Origin: the human T2T-CHM13v2.0 reference genome, Homo sapiens
Length of the DNA: 64,000 nt
Assembly (NCBI RefSeq): GCF_009914755.1
Contig: NC_060925.1
Direction: 5' to 3' (one strand)
The notes below the pieces were generated by a model. That model saw only the letters and a list, made by a program, of their open reading frames with translations, was not told where the DNA came from and did no database searches. The position numbers were made by a program, and so were the translations under genes. This document shows, one piece after another, positions 1-12,135 of the stretch; positions within the stretch are counted from its first letter, which is position 1, and each line of letters opens with the position of its first letter.

Positions 1-307
1 TAATCCCAGCACTTTGGGAGGCTGAGGTGGGAAGGATCACTTGAGACCAGGAGTTTGAGACCAGCCTGGATGACATAAGGAGACCCCATCTCTACAAATA
101 ATTAAAAAATTAGCCAGGTGTGTCAGTGCACACCTGTGGTCTCAGCTACTCAGGAGGCTGAGGCAAGAGGATCACCTAAGGCCAGGAGGTTGAGGCTGCA
201 GTGAGATGTGATGGCACCACTGCACTCCAGCCTGGGTGACTGAGTGAGACCCAGTCTCAAAAGAACAAAACAAAACAAAACAAAACAAAACAAAACAAAA
301 CAAAAAA
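1..307 (+). mobile_element. AluJ-type SINE (5' end cut by window) with (CAAAA)n tail
   Basis: Alu dimer with J diagnostics (GGATCACTTGAG..CCAGGAG, GAGGCTGCAGTGAG); CAAAA repeats ~265-307. Confidence 0.93.
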
Positions 308-435
308 CCAGACAATAAATTGTTGAGTTACCAAAGGCCCTGTTAACGCCTGCAACAAAAAAGATTGCTGAATCTTGCTTAGTCCAGTCTTTTCCAAACT
401 TGTTTGACCTTCAACCCCTTTCCTCTTCCTCTGCA

Positions 436-740
436 CATTCATCTACATAACAAATGTACAGAGGGCCTCCTCCAGGCCAGTCACTGTTCTAGGTCCTGGG
501 GATTCAGCAGTGAAGAAAACAAAACTCTCCCTTGGCAGACTGTGTAATTAGGAGGAGACAGAAAATAAACCAATAGATAAATCAAACCAGAAAATAAATC
601 ATTTATATAATATATCAGAAAGAGTGCAATGGAGGAATTTTTTTTTTTAATAGCAAGGGGGAAAGGTTGCTGTTTTAGAGAGTGTGATCAGGGAAGCTTC
701 TCTGATAGGATGCTACTTGAGGAACAGGTGAGATATGCTG
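436..740 (-). mobile_element. L2 LINE 3' fragment
   Basis: CATTC..CCAGGCCAGTCACTGTTCTAGGTCCTGGGGATTCAGCAGTGAA resembles the reverse of the L2 3' end. Confidence 0.7.
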
Positions 741-1619
741 AGTTGATCAATTGCTGGAGGACCAATGGAAGCCCCAGGGAGTATGAGAGCAATCACCACC
801 TAGAGAGTGAGCCCCTCAGCACTTTCTCCTGCACAGAAGGAGACTTAATATTGATAGAAAGTTCTACAAGGCGGCACTAGCATTAAGCAGTTCTAATAAG
901 AGATTGATTTTACCAGTGCAGATAGGGAAATTGCTCATCCTCTAAAAGCAAATTAACTCTTTGGAGCCCCTAGGGTGTTGTTCATTTACTGATTTATTTA
1001 CAAATTGTTTGCTCCTTGGCCTCTGATTAGTGACGTTTTGCATGGTGACCACGTGTTTTGGAATTGCGTTACTCTCAAGTCCTCCATTTCACATTATATG
1101 GTGGCCATTTATCTCACTCCTCGAGAGGGAAGCAGAGCAAGGGAGCGGCTGGTCATACCTCATTTGTCATAAGCGGAAAAGGATTCATCAAGCTGCTGAG
1201 CCGCGTTGAGGGGAACGATGATAGGGACTGGCATGTTTGCTGCCTGATTCAATTCTTGATTTCATTGACAGGGGCTCCATTGATGATTGTTGTGATTGAG
1301 ATATCAAAGATAGAATAATTCAGAAAAGGTAGAAAGTTTATGCTACCTTATGCTACCTAAGGACATATCCCATTTTCCATTCTCCTGGTAGAAATATTTT
1401 CTGCCTTTAGAGCCAGCTACATTGTCTGTTGGGTTCTGTGCAAAATGAAAACATGAGATTACCTTATTTAAAGACAGGAAAAAAATAGTGTTAAAGGTTC
1501 TAAAATAGAAAACATTTCTTTTTTCTTTCCTCTCCAATCTCCTTCTCTTGACTTTATTTTGCCTTTTATTTGCTATTTAACATTATTCTAAGAAAACATT
1601 TAATTTATTAGCATGAATT

Positions 1620-2251
1620 CTATCACTCGGCTTTATATTGTGCAATGCCAATTTCAAATGCAAATATGAGCATTTAAGGCACATGGAATCACTGAAATAA
1701 CACAATTCATATTATGTAGCTTGTGTATGCATATGTATTTTATTCTTACCAGAACAGTGAAAATGCTACACAAAACTTAATTGTTTTTGTCTGACTTCTC
1801 GATGCATGCATGTTCTACCTTCACTTTCTATCTTACTGATTAGTAAGGAAGACCTTAAAGGGAATAGAGTTGTGTGTTGCCTTATATTTTAGTTACCTTC
1901 TATGTTATCATCATCACCCCTACCTCAGTCACAGACATAACACGCTGACGTTGTACTCACTTTGAGACTCACTGACCTGCCAGTCATTATGGGTTCGCCA
2001 GTGTGCTCATGAGGCATTACAAACGTTATATGTGAATGAGGAGACAAGGAACAATAGACACATATATTGCATGTGTCTCCTCTGCTCCCTTGCATGCCCT
2101 ATTGTCCCATTAGACTTCACTAACAAACACAAGTTGAAAGAGAAAATGATTAAGGATTTCAAGGTAGTGACAGCACTGCATGAAAGCAAGTGCCAGGCCC
2201 TACCTACATGAAGCCCTATGCATAGGGTATGCACCCATGAGGCCAGCCCTG
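1620..2251 (-). mobile_element. MER45-family (hAT-Tip100) DNA transposon relic
   Basis: Minus strand begins CAGGGCTGGCCTCATGGGTGC..TGCTGTCACTACCTTGAAATCCTTAAT, like the MER45 terminus; left boundary approximate. Confidence 0.75.
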
Positions 2252-3044
2252 CCATCTTTTTACAGAATACATAATAGGGAACATAGGAATCACACACGAG
2301 GGTACCGCCATCTCATAAGGAATGTTCTCAACATTGTTCCTTCATTAATTTTCTAGATGTGCCCCTGACATAACCTTTAGAGGGTGAAATATTTGCCAAG
2401 AATATATATTATTAGTTGGAAAATAGCTTCAGGACTTGGTTAGAACAACTAACCTCAGAAAGTCCCCAGCCCATGTGACCTTCTTTTCTAGGTTCAGATC
2501 AAAGAACTGTTGATCTACTAATGGAATGGTTCATCTGTCTTTTAATGTATGCAGTATCATAGCTCATCTTTCCCTCTTCTTATGCTAAAATCATATTTTG
2601 ATTAAAGTTGCTCTTCATCCTTCCTTTCAACCACTGCCACATTCCTTGTGCATCAATTCCCTGCTTTTCAGAATGCTTAAAATCTAGAGTAATGGAGTAT
2701 GGTACTTCCACTGCTAAAATGAATTGGAGATCAATGCACAGAAACTCACAAAGCCAACAAGCCTGCTAGTAATTCTGATACCCTGTTAACTGCATCTTAG
2801 TGTCTGGTGGCCTTTGCTTCTCCTGGAGACAATGTAGCCCTCATTCTGCTCAAGACATACTGTCTTCCATTCGTGGAAAATCACTTAGAATCACTTCGGA
2901 AAAAATATCTAAGTGATATGGTAAAAAAAAAAAAGCTGCTTCCTGGCACATTCCTTTTACCACTCTATCTGCTACCAGACCTTCTATTGACCTTCTGCCC
3001 TATTCAAATCCACATTTTGTAACTGATGTGGAACACGCAGCATT

Positions 3045-3072
3045 TTGACACACCGTTCTTGACACACCGTTC
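3045..3072. repeat. Perfect 14-bp tandem duplication
   Basis: TTGACACACCGTTC x2. Confidence 0.95.
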
Positions 3073-4228
3073 GTACGAATTTACTGTAAACCTTGTGCCT
3101 GCCTGCATTGTGGTAGAAATCATATTACCAGATTCCTAACAAGAAGGCTTATGATGTTAGAAACTGTTAAAAACATGAATGAGAAAAGGCCCCTTCAAAC
3201 AGAGCCTGAGGAGCTAGCTCAAGTAACAAAGCCCTGTTTTCCATCTTTTATGTAAAGCAAATGGATTAACAACAACTGGCATGAAGCTGAACTGACACCC
3301 TGACTCACTGTGCCAGGCAAGCGCTCTATTGAATTGTTTGCACCAGCCATTTCTTGTGTGCAAACAGGAGGAACTTGTTCAGGCAGCAGCCACTCTGAAT
3401 GGTATGTGAGGATTTAGTGAAATACATGCTCAGGACAGCTTTCTTAATCCTTGCGAGTCTGCCCAACAGAGGGAATTCCAGGGTGACGGACGAAGGAAGC
3501 GTCCAAGTCTTTCACTAAACACAGTCAAGTCCAAAAAAAGAAAGTTGAAGTGACTTTGTTATATGTTTAGTTTATGCTCATCCAACAAATACCGCTGTTA
3601 GGAAAAAAAGTTTAATGAATGATGGTAATAAACAGGCTGGTACTACCCACTGATTAAAGTGTCATGATGCCTCTTTCGAAATCAAAGGAGTTATCTTGCT
3701 AATGAACTAAATTAGACTGAACTAACATTCATGTTAATAATTATTACTTACAGAGCTAGCTGTGTTAGGAGTGATAATGATAATGTGAAAACTGAATATA
3801 ATAATAATATTTCTCAGGTGCATATCCTCTAGTTTAAAGCAAATTTGACAGGAACATGCAGGTACCTCAGTGGCCCAATTTTGAGAAATAGAGGGAATTT
3901 TTTCATCGTAAGGATGGTAGATTAGGTCCTAGGTGAGTAATGAAAAGAAGGCTGAAAAACAAAATTCCTTATTAGAACCAGAAGTGTTAACCTGACAAAC
4001 ACATTCATTCAAACTCTTTAGCACGTGAAATATATATATGAAATACATATGGTACTCATTTTCCCTTAAAATGAGCCATGATTGAAAAAAGAAACAATTT
4101 TACATTCTCAAGGTTGGAAATAGAGAAGATATGCATTGGCGATAATATTGATTTAAAAAAAAATCTGCTGAAAGGCTATTATTAGACATAGATTATAGTT
4201 ACAGTGAAAACTGGGAGCTGCTTTTAAT

Positions 4229-4242
4229 CCCCTAGGGGGCAG
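4229..4242 (+). promoter_or_regulatory. Candidate CTCF motif
   Basis: CCCCTAGGGGGCAG, 13/14 match to CCASYAGRKGGCRS. Confidence 0.35.
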
Positions 4243-4808
4243 AAAGTTATATAGGGTCCTTTTTGTCATTTTCAAGGTGTAGAAAGAATGAAAAAGACTG
4301 CGGTGTATTTCATTATTAGTACACATGAACAGTTTGAACTCTCCATTATTGGGCTGTCTTTTTTCATAGTTGGTAACTTTTTCAGGCTCCTTCTACGAAA
4401 CTATTTGACAAGGAAAAAAATAGCCTTCTTGGTTTGATATGTGAGTATATACAAGTTCGCACAGGTTTTCACAAGAAAGTAAATGAAGAGCATGGCCTGC
4501 AAGCTTAATCATATTAACTCTGAATATAATCAAAGCTTCAAAGTTTAACTCTATCTTAGCACTGAATGTGAATGGAAAACAAAGACTATAATATGAAGAC
4601 ATTTCTTAGTCTTGGAGGAAATTTTTTATTAAATATAAATTACTACCTCTCAAAGTAAAATTTACATTATATCTATAACAATATGAAATATCTTATTTAG
4701 CTACAACCAGATACTATTATTTGACTGTTTAGAACACAGAACAAAATCCTTCTAAAACCGGTACCTTGGAGGATGTTGTCTTTCTTTGAATTAAAGCCAC
4801 AACTAACA

Positions 4809-4946
4809 AGCCAGGCACAGTGGCAAGCACCTGTAGTCCCAGCTACTTGGAAGGTTGTGGCAATAGAATCCCTTGAGCCCAGGAGCTCCAAGCCCAGTCC
4901 AGGTAACACAGCAAGACCTTGTCTCAGAAAAAAAAAAAAAAAAAAA
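4809..4946 (+). mobile_element. FLAM-type free Alu monomer
   Basis: Single ~120-bp Alu monomer (CTGTAGTCCCAGCTAC..TTGAGCCCAGGAG..GCAAGACCTTGTCTC) plus A tail. Confidence 0.85.

Positions 4947-4951
<5 letters not shown>

Positions 4952-4983
<32 letters not shown>
4952..4983. repeat. (CA)n microsatellite after the FLAM tail
   Basis: About 16 CA units. Confidence 0.95.
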
Positions 4984-4987
<4 letters not shown>

Positions 4988-6156
4988 CACATACAAGAAA
5001 ACACCAACACCAAAGGCCAAATACTTCTCAACATACCAACGATTAGCAAGATTAATGATTACTTCTTTAACATATCAGTTCTCTCAAACTATTACTGTTA
5101 ATAATTATAGGTAACTTGCACCTTTATTTTCTTTGTGTAGGGGGAAAGAAGTGGCCAAAGTATTTTATTTTAAATTAGTAATCTCACTTTTTTCATCAGA
5201 GTTTGTTTGATATGATTCTACTTTCCACATGTTTCTTATTCGCTGTTTTGTCTTTTAAGGCAGGGAAAGTGAGTTAAAAGCAAATAATGTTTCATGTGAA
5301 TATTGGACTTTGACACTATTTGGACCAAATTATAGAGAAAACAATGTTCCGGAATTTTTTTTTTTCTTTAAACACTTATGAAGTGTCAAGATAGGCCTTA
5401 GTGAATCAACCAAGCACATTTTTCAAATTGTTTCAGTAAAGGGTGAGAAGTTGTAAAAACACCTTTTAAAATCTCAACGTTTTATAATAGCTTATTGCAA
5501 TAATGGAATAATTTATTCCATTATTCCAAAGGGTAATGCTGTCTCTTTATCTGTTTGTCCATAATGTATGTCTGTGCAAACTTAGGATGGCTTTTACCTC
5601 ATCGTGCTAAAAGAGCAAATGAGGAGATTTTAAACACGTCTACATTTTAATATGTGAGCCTGTAGGCTGCTATGCACAGTCTTCTACAGTTTATAGTGAG
5701 ATGTTTCACATCAATTAAAAAAAAAGATGAGAGAATGGGTTACTTGAAGAGTTTGTTTCCTTATAATCAACTCTAAAGAGACTAAGGTCATGCAACAGAT
5801 TTCTTTTTCTTTCTTTCTTACAGGGAGACTATGTGAATGCAAATTGCTTTATTGGTGAAGGGAATTAAAATTATAAAAAGCTGGGCTTAAAGAAGTGCAA
5901 AATCAGAGCTGTGTCGGAGCAGGGACAATATAATTGTGGTATGGATTCCCATATGGGACTAAATTATCTAGATTTTAGTAACGTCAGCAGTTCTGTGTAG
6001 TTGCTGGAATGCGGCCAATGTGCCATATTTGCTTCATTTTTAAGATGGTTCTGATTCTACACAATGTTAAATATGCAGAAAGCTACAATTGTTCGGGTAT
6101 CTTGGTGGCACTTCTCAGATACATCTCTTTGCATGTCAGAAATCTTATTTGACTAT

Positions 6157-6169
6157 TAAACAGGAAGTG
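6157..6169 (+). promoter_or_regulatory. FOX:ETS composite motif in a repeat-free block
   Basis: TAAACAGGAAGTG = forkhead TAAACA overlapping consensus ETS ACAGGAAGTG. Confidence 0.4.
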
Positions 6170-6999
6170 ACACCAATGTGACTTTATTTTTCTAAGCAAA
6201 ATGCCATTTATTATCATTTCTATCTAGGCTATAAAATCTTCCCAGTAGGGGGAAAAAATACCCTTTTCTGTGAGTACATATCAAGGTTGTCTTCCTTTAC
6301 AGTGTACCATTCAGTAATACTGTTTTGTAGCAACTCAATAAAGCTGATAGTTTTTCTGGGTAATTACCCACAGCCCCCCTGCAGGACAAATTAGCATTCA
6401 TGACCTGAATAATGCTTACTAGAAAGAGTTCAATGGAATTTACTTAATCAGAATCATTGCTTTCTCTTGGCTAATTTTTTTTTTTTACCTAGTCCCCAAC
6501 GCTTGCTAATAGCAAATATCTTTCAAGCCAATGTTTGGTATCTGATAGAGAAAAATGCATGAATCTTTAAATGTTCTAATGTATTTGTGAGTCTTGAAAA
6601 AATAAATGTATATTTTTTATATTGAGTGTGTGAAAAATTAAGATATCCATCTTCTTTAAAATTTCTAATTAAACTTACATGCTTATTTCTCTTTTTAATG
6701 CTTACTGGTTTCAGAAAGACAGAGAGAGATTTTTCATTTTCTAATTATCCCTCAATTGTTTCTCAATTTGCTGAGGACAAAGCTAGAGGATTGGTTGTGA
6801 TTTTTGATAGATGCTTGGTAATCACTCTGTATCCTTAGGCATCAAAAATTAGGAGAACTTTGAATAGACAATGGGTGTTGTTTTTGACAATTTGATTGAT
6901 TCTTACTTTGTTCTTGATGACTTATTTAATAATTTTATGATTTGAACCAAAATATATGAAATGTAGATACTAAGATATTAGAATAAAGGAGGAGAGAAA

Positions 7000-7220
7000 G
7001 TAATATTCACTGAGCTTCTACTACTTACAAAACACTCTGTGAAGTAAACAGTATACTTTATTAATTCTTGAAATGGCTCAGTGAGGGAAGGACTAGTATC
7101 TTCATGTTTATAAAAGAGGGAAATGTGTTTCAGAAGATACTTACTCCAGGTTATACAGCCAGTAATGAAACAGAACCGAGACACAATCCCCAGACTGCCT
7201 GAATCAAAAGCTTACACTTT
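7000..7220 (-). mobile_element. MIR SINE
   Basis: Degenerate reverse MIR core (..TAAAAGAGGGAAA..TTACTCCAGGTTATACAGCCAGTAA..CCCAGACTGCCTGA). Confidence 0.65.
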
Positions 7221-7277
7221 TTTGGTTTTGTGTTTATGTGCAAAGATTTTAGGTTTTTAGGAAGGCAAGAAGAGGAA

Positions 7278-7306
7278 GTTCTAAACCAATTGGTTCTAAA
7301 CCAATT
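7278..7306. repeat. 15-bp-period tandem duplication creating the palindrome AACCAATTGGTT
   Basis: GTTCTAAACCAATT-G-GTTCTAAACCAATT. Confidence 0.9.
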
Positions 7307-7438
7307 CCCTTGACTGAATCTTTAATTTGGAAAAGACTCCTAACCTGGAAGAGGAAATGTTTCTAAAATACAGCTGCATATCAATGTCTTTGAAGGACAG
7401 CTCTATAGACAACAACCAAGATCAGAGAACCACAGCAA

Positions 7439-7604
7439 TGGGGCCATCCTCTAAAGTTTATTTTAGCTTATTTATCCCCCCTTCCTGTCATCTTCTGTGA
7501 ATCTTCACAACCCAGTGGAGTAAACGGCAGGTGTGAACTGTTGAGACACAGGCTCCCACAATGGAGCATTACTGAGGGTTGGGAAGTAATCCAGTCAAAT
7601 CAAG
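7439..7604 (-). ncRNA. Candidate terminal exon of a minus-strand spliced non-coding transcript
   Basis: Acceptor CTTATCTCACACTTTTGTCTTTCAG| ending 7605; AATAAA at 7462-7457; CA 18 nt downstream (7439), then GU-rich element TTGCTGTGGTTCTCTGATCTTGGTTGTTG. Confidence 0.5.
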
Positions 7605-9199
7605 CTGAAAGACAAAAGTGTGAGATAAGATCCAAAAATAACAAAGTAAAAGCAGAAAGGTCCTTTGGGGTTTCTATGCACTTAACTCAGTGGAGACATG
7701 GAATTTCTGTAGGTTGGGGAGATTTGTCTGGAGGCTTAGTTTGTATAGCAATCTCAGTTTTTACCTAGGTGGTATGGTTGTTTTGGATTGCATATTATGT
7801 TTGTTTAGAGTATATATTTATTGGAGGTGCCTTGGGGGAAGGCTCTCAGAGATTATGTGGGGTAGTTACAGCCGCAGAAAGAAACCTCTAGGCTCTTCCA
7901 CTGATTAGATTGCATAGTTCGAATGAATTAAAACAGTCCAGTGCAACTGAAAAGGAGGATTCACTCATTCAGGCCCTTGTGCCTTGCAGTGCTGAACTGA
8001 ATTTGGTACTTAATTAAGTTTCCAGGGGTGCAAAATGGCTATCCCATTTCTAAATCTAAATAAATCAAAATGTTTTTTCAACTTTGGGGGTTTCAGAAAA
8101 CCCACAACACATTTTTTGCGCAGATTTTCCTTCCAAACACTAGAATATTGCGAGGAAAATTCAATCCATATGTTTCAGACTCACGTACAGTTGTATCAAA
8201 ATCTTGTGTTGCAATTGACATTTGATGTTCATGAAGTTTTCTGAATGCTTCTTATTTGCCTTTAACTCAAGAACATAAAGTTGATTTGTCAAGCTTATAA
8301 GTACCAAAAACCCCAAAATATTACATTTGAGTTGAAGACAACAAATTTAAAATTCTGCATCGGGCATTAAATTTAATAAAGCTTTTGTCTTACCATCTCT
8401 GCAGTGTTGTGTACTTGCAGATAGGCATATGCCTGATGACATGGAGTACAAAGACACAGTATACTTTTGATATTGACATGGTGAGGAGAAAGTGAAATGA
8501 TAGAAAAACAAGGACACATATTTTCTCTTCTGGTATTCCTCCGTGATTTAAATATTAACAGCATATTGTTTATAATTTAATGCAAAAAATATGTGCACTG
8601 ACAGCCTATATCTAATTTCTTCTTCCATCCTTCAACAATCTCCGTTTAGATTCTGGTTGGTACTTGGCAGCTCTTCCTTTCCTGCCAGTGTTCAGGCAAT
8701 GATGTATCTTCTGGTCAGTGGGTCCCTCCACATCACCACAAAGACAAGAGAATACTGGGAGGAGGAAAGGCAAGAGGAAAAATAAATCATTTAAACTGAA
8801 GCATCAGTGTCTTTGGGATGGTTATATAAAAGAATCTGCATTTGTTGCTATTAACGCTATTTTAGAGGTTTCTAAAATGATTATGTCCCTTTGTTCAAGG
8901 CTAATAATGTGGTTCTGCCTTTGCTTAGAACATGATAATGGTGCCTTCCAATCAGAATCAGCTCAGAGAGGAGAATCATTTTCCTAAGAGCCAGGAACCT
9001 CAGAAAAAAAAAAAAAAAAAGTCTTCTGTTAGCACAAAATAAATAACAGTGTTCTGACATTTATTTATGACAGTGTCTGTATAGACAGTATAGTAGTTGG
9101 TCATTCACTTTGCTATGTGACTTGTATATGTGGGCTCTTTTATAGTTTTCATTATTCTTGTTTTCAGTGTTTCTTCCCTTAGAACAAAAATGATGTATG

Positions 9200-9800
9200 T
9201 TTATTGTGGAAAATAAGAAAATATTCGTAACTAAAAGAAGAAAATATTTCCGAAGCCTCACTTTCTAAAGATAACTGCTATTTACATTTATCATATGTCC
9301 CTTCATTGTATTTTATACATAAACATTCATGCACTGTATTTTTTATAAATATAAGATTATACAGCACATACTGCCAGTGGCAATATAGAGCAATAGAAGA
9401 TTATGCTATATGTTTTTAAATCTTCTTTTCTTCTTTTATGATATGCTATATTTTAGATGGCTGTATATAGTTCATTGTTTGAGTGAAATATTAAATCAAG
9501 TATTCAAATATAATTATTCAAATGACTGCATGGTATTCCATTGTCAGAATGAACTATTTATCATCAAAATATTCAAATATAATTATTCAAATTTAATAAT
9601 TCAAAATTTTAATTTTCAGGCTGTCCTAATACACTGGTTACATAAACAATACTTGAAAATAAGATCTTTCCTTCAAATCTTTGCCAGTGTGAATAATTTT
9701 TTCCTTAGAATAAATGCCCATAAGTGAAATAACTAGTCGATGTTTTAAGGCTTTTGAAATATGTTTACAAAAATAGCATGCATTTTACTTTTTTTATTTT
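9200..9800 (-). mobile_element. Old L1M (L1ME-like) 3' fragment
   Basis: AT-rich with AGATAACTGCTATT..ACATT and GCTGCATGGTATTCCATTGT-like motifs of antisense L1M 3' UTRs. Confidence 0.5.
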
Positions 9801-10609
9801 TTCAAAATGACAATAGATGTATGCCTCTGCTTCTATGACCTTTACTTGATCCTTGTCAGGGCAATTGCGAGAGGTCCAGAAGGTTGGGAATGTAGAATAC
9901 GGTGGGTGGCCAAGAAAGACAATTATGCTGAAAAGTACAAAGTGACTCAAATGCACGTCTTGTTCCAAGATTCTTTGTTATTTAGATTCCTGCATTTTCT
10001 TCCTGCATCTTACTCAACACCCCCATCACTCCTGCAAAGTATTACCTGACTTTTAGAGTCTATAGTAAGAGCCCCACATGTTTTCCATGAATAAGGCTAG
10101 TTTTATAGTGAGCTCTGATCATCTGACAAAATAATATTTAATTGTAAGAAATGTTTTCAATAATCATGAAAATTCTTGTAAGTCTAACATGGGCCAACTT
10201 CTATTCGGGAACGTAATCATGTGTGAAGTCCCTGTGGAGTAAATTGGAATAATGTGAGTAACTAGGAAATGCAATCATTCTATCCCTAGTTAGGAGATGG
10301 ATGAGACAGGAAAGCTAAGTGGAAAAGTGTATAGACCCTGTGGGAAAAGGTCTGAGTTTACACCCAACCCCTCCATTCACTAACTTTATGACTTCAAGCA
10401 AATGACTGGAGCTGCCAAAGTTTCATGTCCCCCTCTGTTGGGTGCTTATATGTTCTACATGCCATCTCGGTGGCGCAGACACACTAACTTGCATACAGTG
10501 GGTGGTTAATAAATAGTAAATACTTTAGCTTTTTTTAGACAGAGAAGATGCAAGTTACTCACTGAAGGCTATTTTAAATGCCTTTAGCCCATTTCAGCCA
10601 GAGGTCATA

Positions 10610-11130
10610 TTGATTAAGAATCATATTCTGCTACAAGTAACAACAAAAAAAGAGTAGCTTAAACTAATAATTCTCATTTTTTTCACCTACATAATTCCAC
10701 ACCCAGAGGTGAACCTTGTTAGTGGTTATTGGTTGAAGAATGTCAAAACCGGCCGGGCACGGTGGCTCACGCCTGTAATCCCAGCACTTTGGGAGGCCGA
10801 GGTGGGCAGATTACAAGGTCCAGAGTTCAAGACCAGCCTGACCAACATGGTGAAACCCCATCTCTACTAAAAATACAAAAATTAGCTGGGCATGGTGGTG
10901 CACGCCTGTAGTCTCAGCTACTTCTTGGTAGGCTGAGGTGCTTGAACCTGGGAGGTGGAGGTTGCAGTGAGCGGAGATCATGCCATTGCACTCCAGCCTG
11001 GGCGACAGAGCGAGACTCCCTCTCAAAAAAAAAAAAAAAAAAAAAAAAAAGAATGTCAAAACCACGATCCTTCGGATTAATGTATCGTTTCCTCTCAGCT
11101 ACCAACATATGGCTGCTGCCACTGCTTTTG
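10610..11130 (-). mobile_element. Old MaLR/ERVL (MLT1/LTR33-like) LTR fragment split by an Alu
   Basis: GCTACAAGTAACAAC..AGTAGCTTAAAC and ATATGGCTGCTGCC motifs. Confidence 0.4.
10751..11048 (+). mobile_element. AluSg-like SINE
   Basis: Full dimer with A tail; perfect 15-bp TSD AAGAATGTCAAAACC (10736-10750 / 11049-11063). Confidence 0.95.
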
Positions 11131-12135
11131 TCCACTGCTTTAGCCCCATGTCCCCATTTCAGGAAAGGAGAAAGAGGAAGTAATAGGAGGGAGAGGAAGC
11201 ACCCAGGTGAGACATCCAGAGCAGACTGTGAATATCTCATTGGTGACTGCCACCCCTCACTGCAAGGAAGAGATGAAGAGCTGGGCACTTGCTTTTCTAA
11301 AGAAAACCAGAGTTACATTCCGTCTGCCAAAGATGACTTTTTCCTTTCTCTGACCATACCTCTTTCTTTTGTTTGCTTCCTGTTCGAGACAGAGTAGGCT
11401 CAGCTAGCATAGTTAGAGGGGCGTTACAAATCCCACCCAATAATTCTCACCCACCAGTTTCTGAGAATGCCTAAAATTTCAGCATCAGTGAATTAAGCTA
11501 CCACCCACTATATGTTAAAATGCGTGTATCTCTGGGAGGAAAGTTAGCACCTTGCTTCATTTCCATACTTAACACCTTAGATAACCAATAAATGCATTGA
11601 TTAAATTCCCTTAAAGAGAAAATTAATTGAGACTAGGTTTTTAGCGAGGAAGGATGGAGAGTTCAGTTCTGCGTGACAGGCGCTAGCCAGGCAGGCAGGA
11701 GTAGGAACGCGTGAAAGGAAATAAAGAGCAGGAAGGGCAGCGTGAAGCTGCAGACAGGCAGTAGAGGCTGTTAGCAAATATTAGATAAGCACCTCAGAAA
11801 CAAACACCACCTTTCACAGTGTGTCCTGGGAGTAGATCTGATTGCTCCTTTCTCTTTAGTCCTCATCGTGTCTGATCACATGCAAAACTCTATATTAATA
11901 CACATCGAACACTCCAAACCACAAAATAGATAACTAGCCCAACCTGTGCCTGATATTCTGTTAAACCTCACTTCAAGCTTCACATTTTGTGAAGCCCAAT
12001 GTGGTTACACTCAGGAGCCACTATCCAGAGAAACGGGAATTGTTGGCTATGCAGGCTACTTCTCAGGTGAGAGTCTTCTGACTTGATGTTAAGATAGCGG
12101 AAAGAGATGTTCATCCTCAACATTTGATAAGACAG

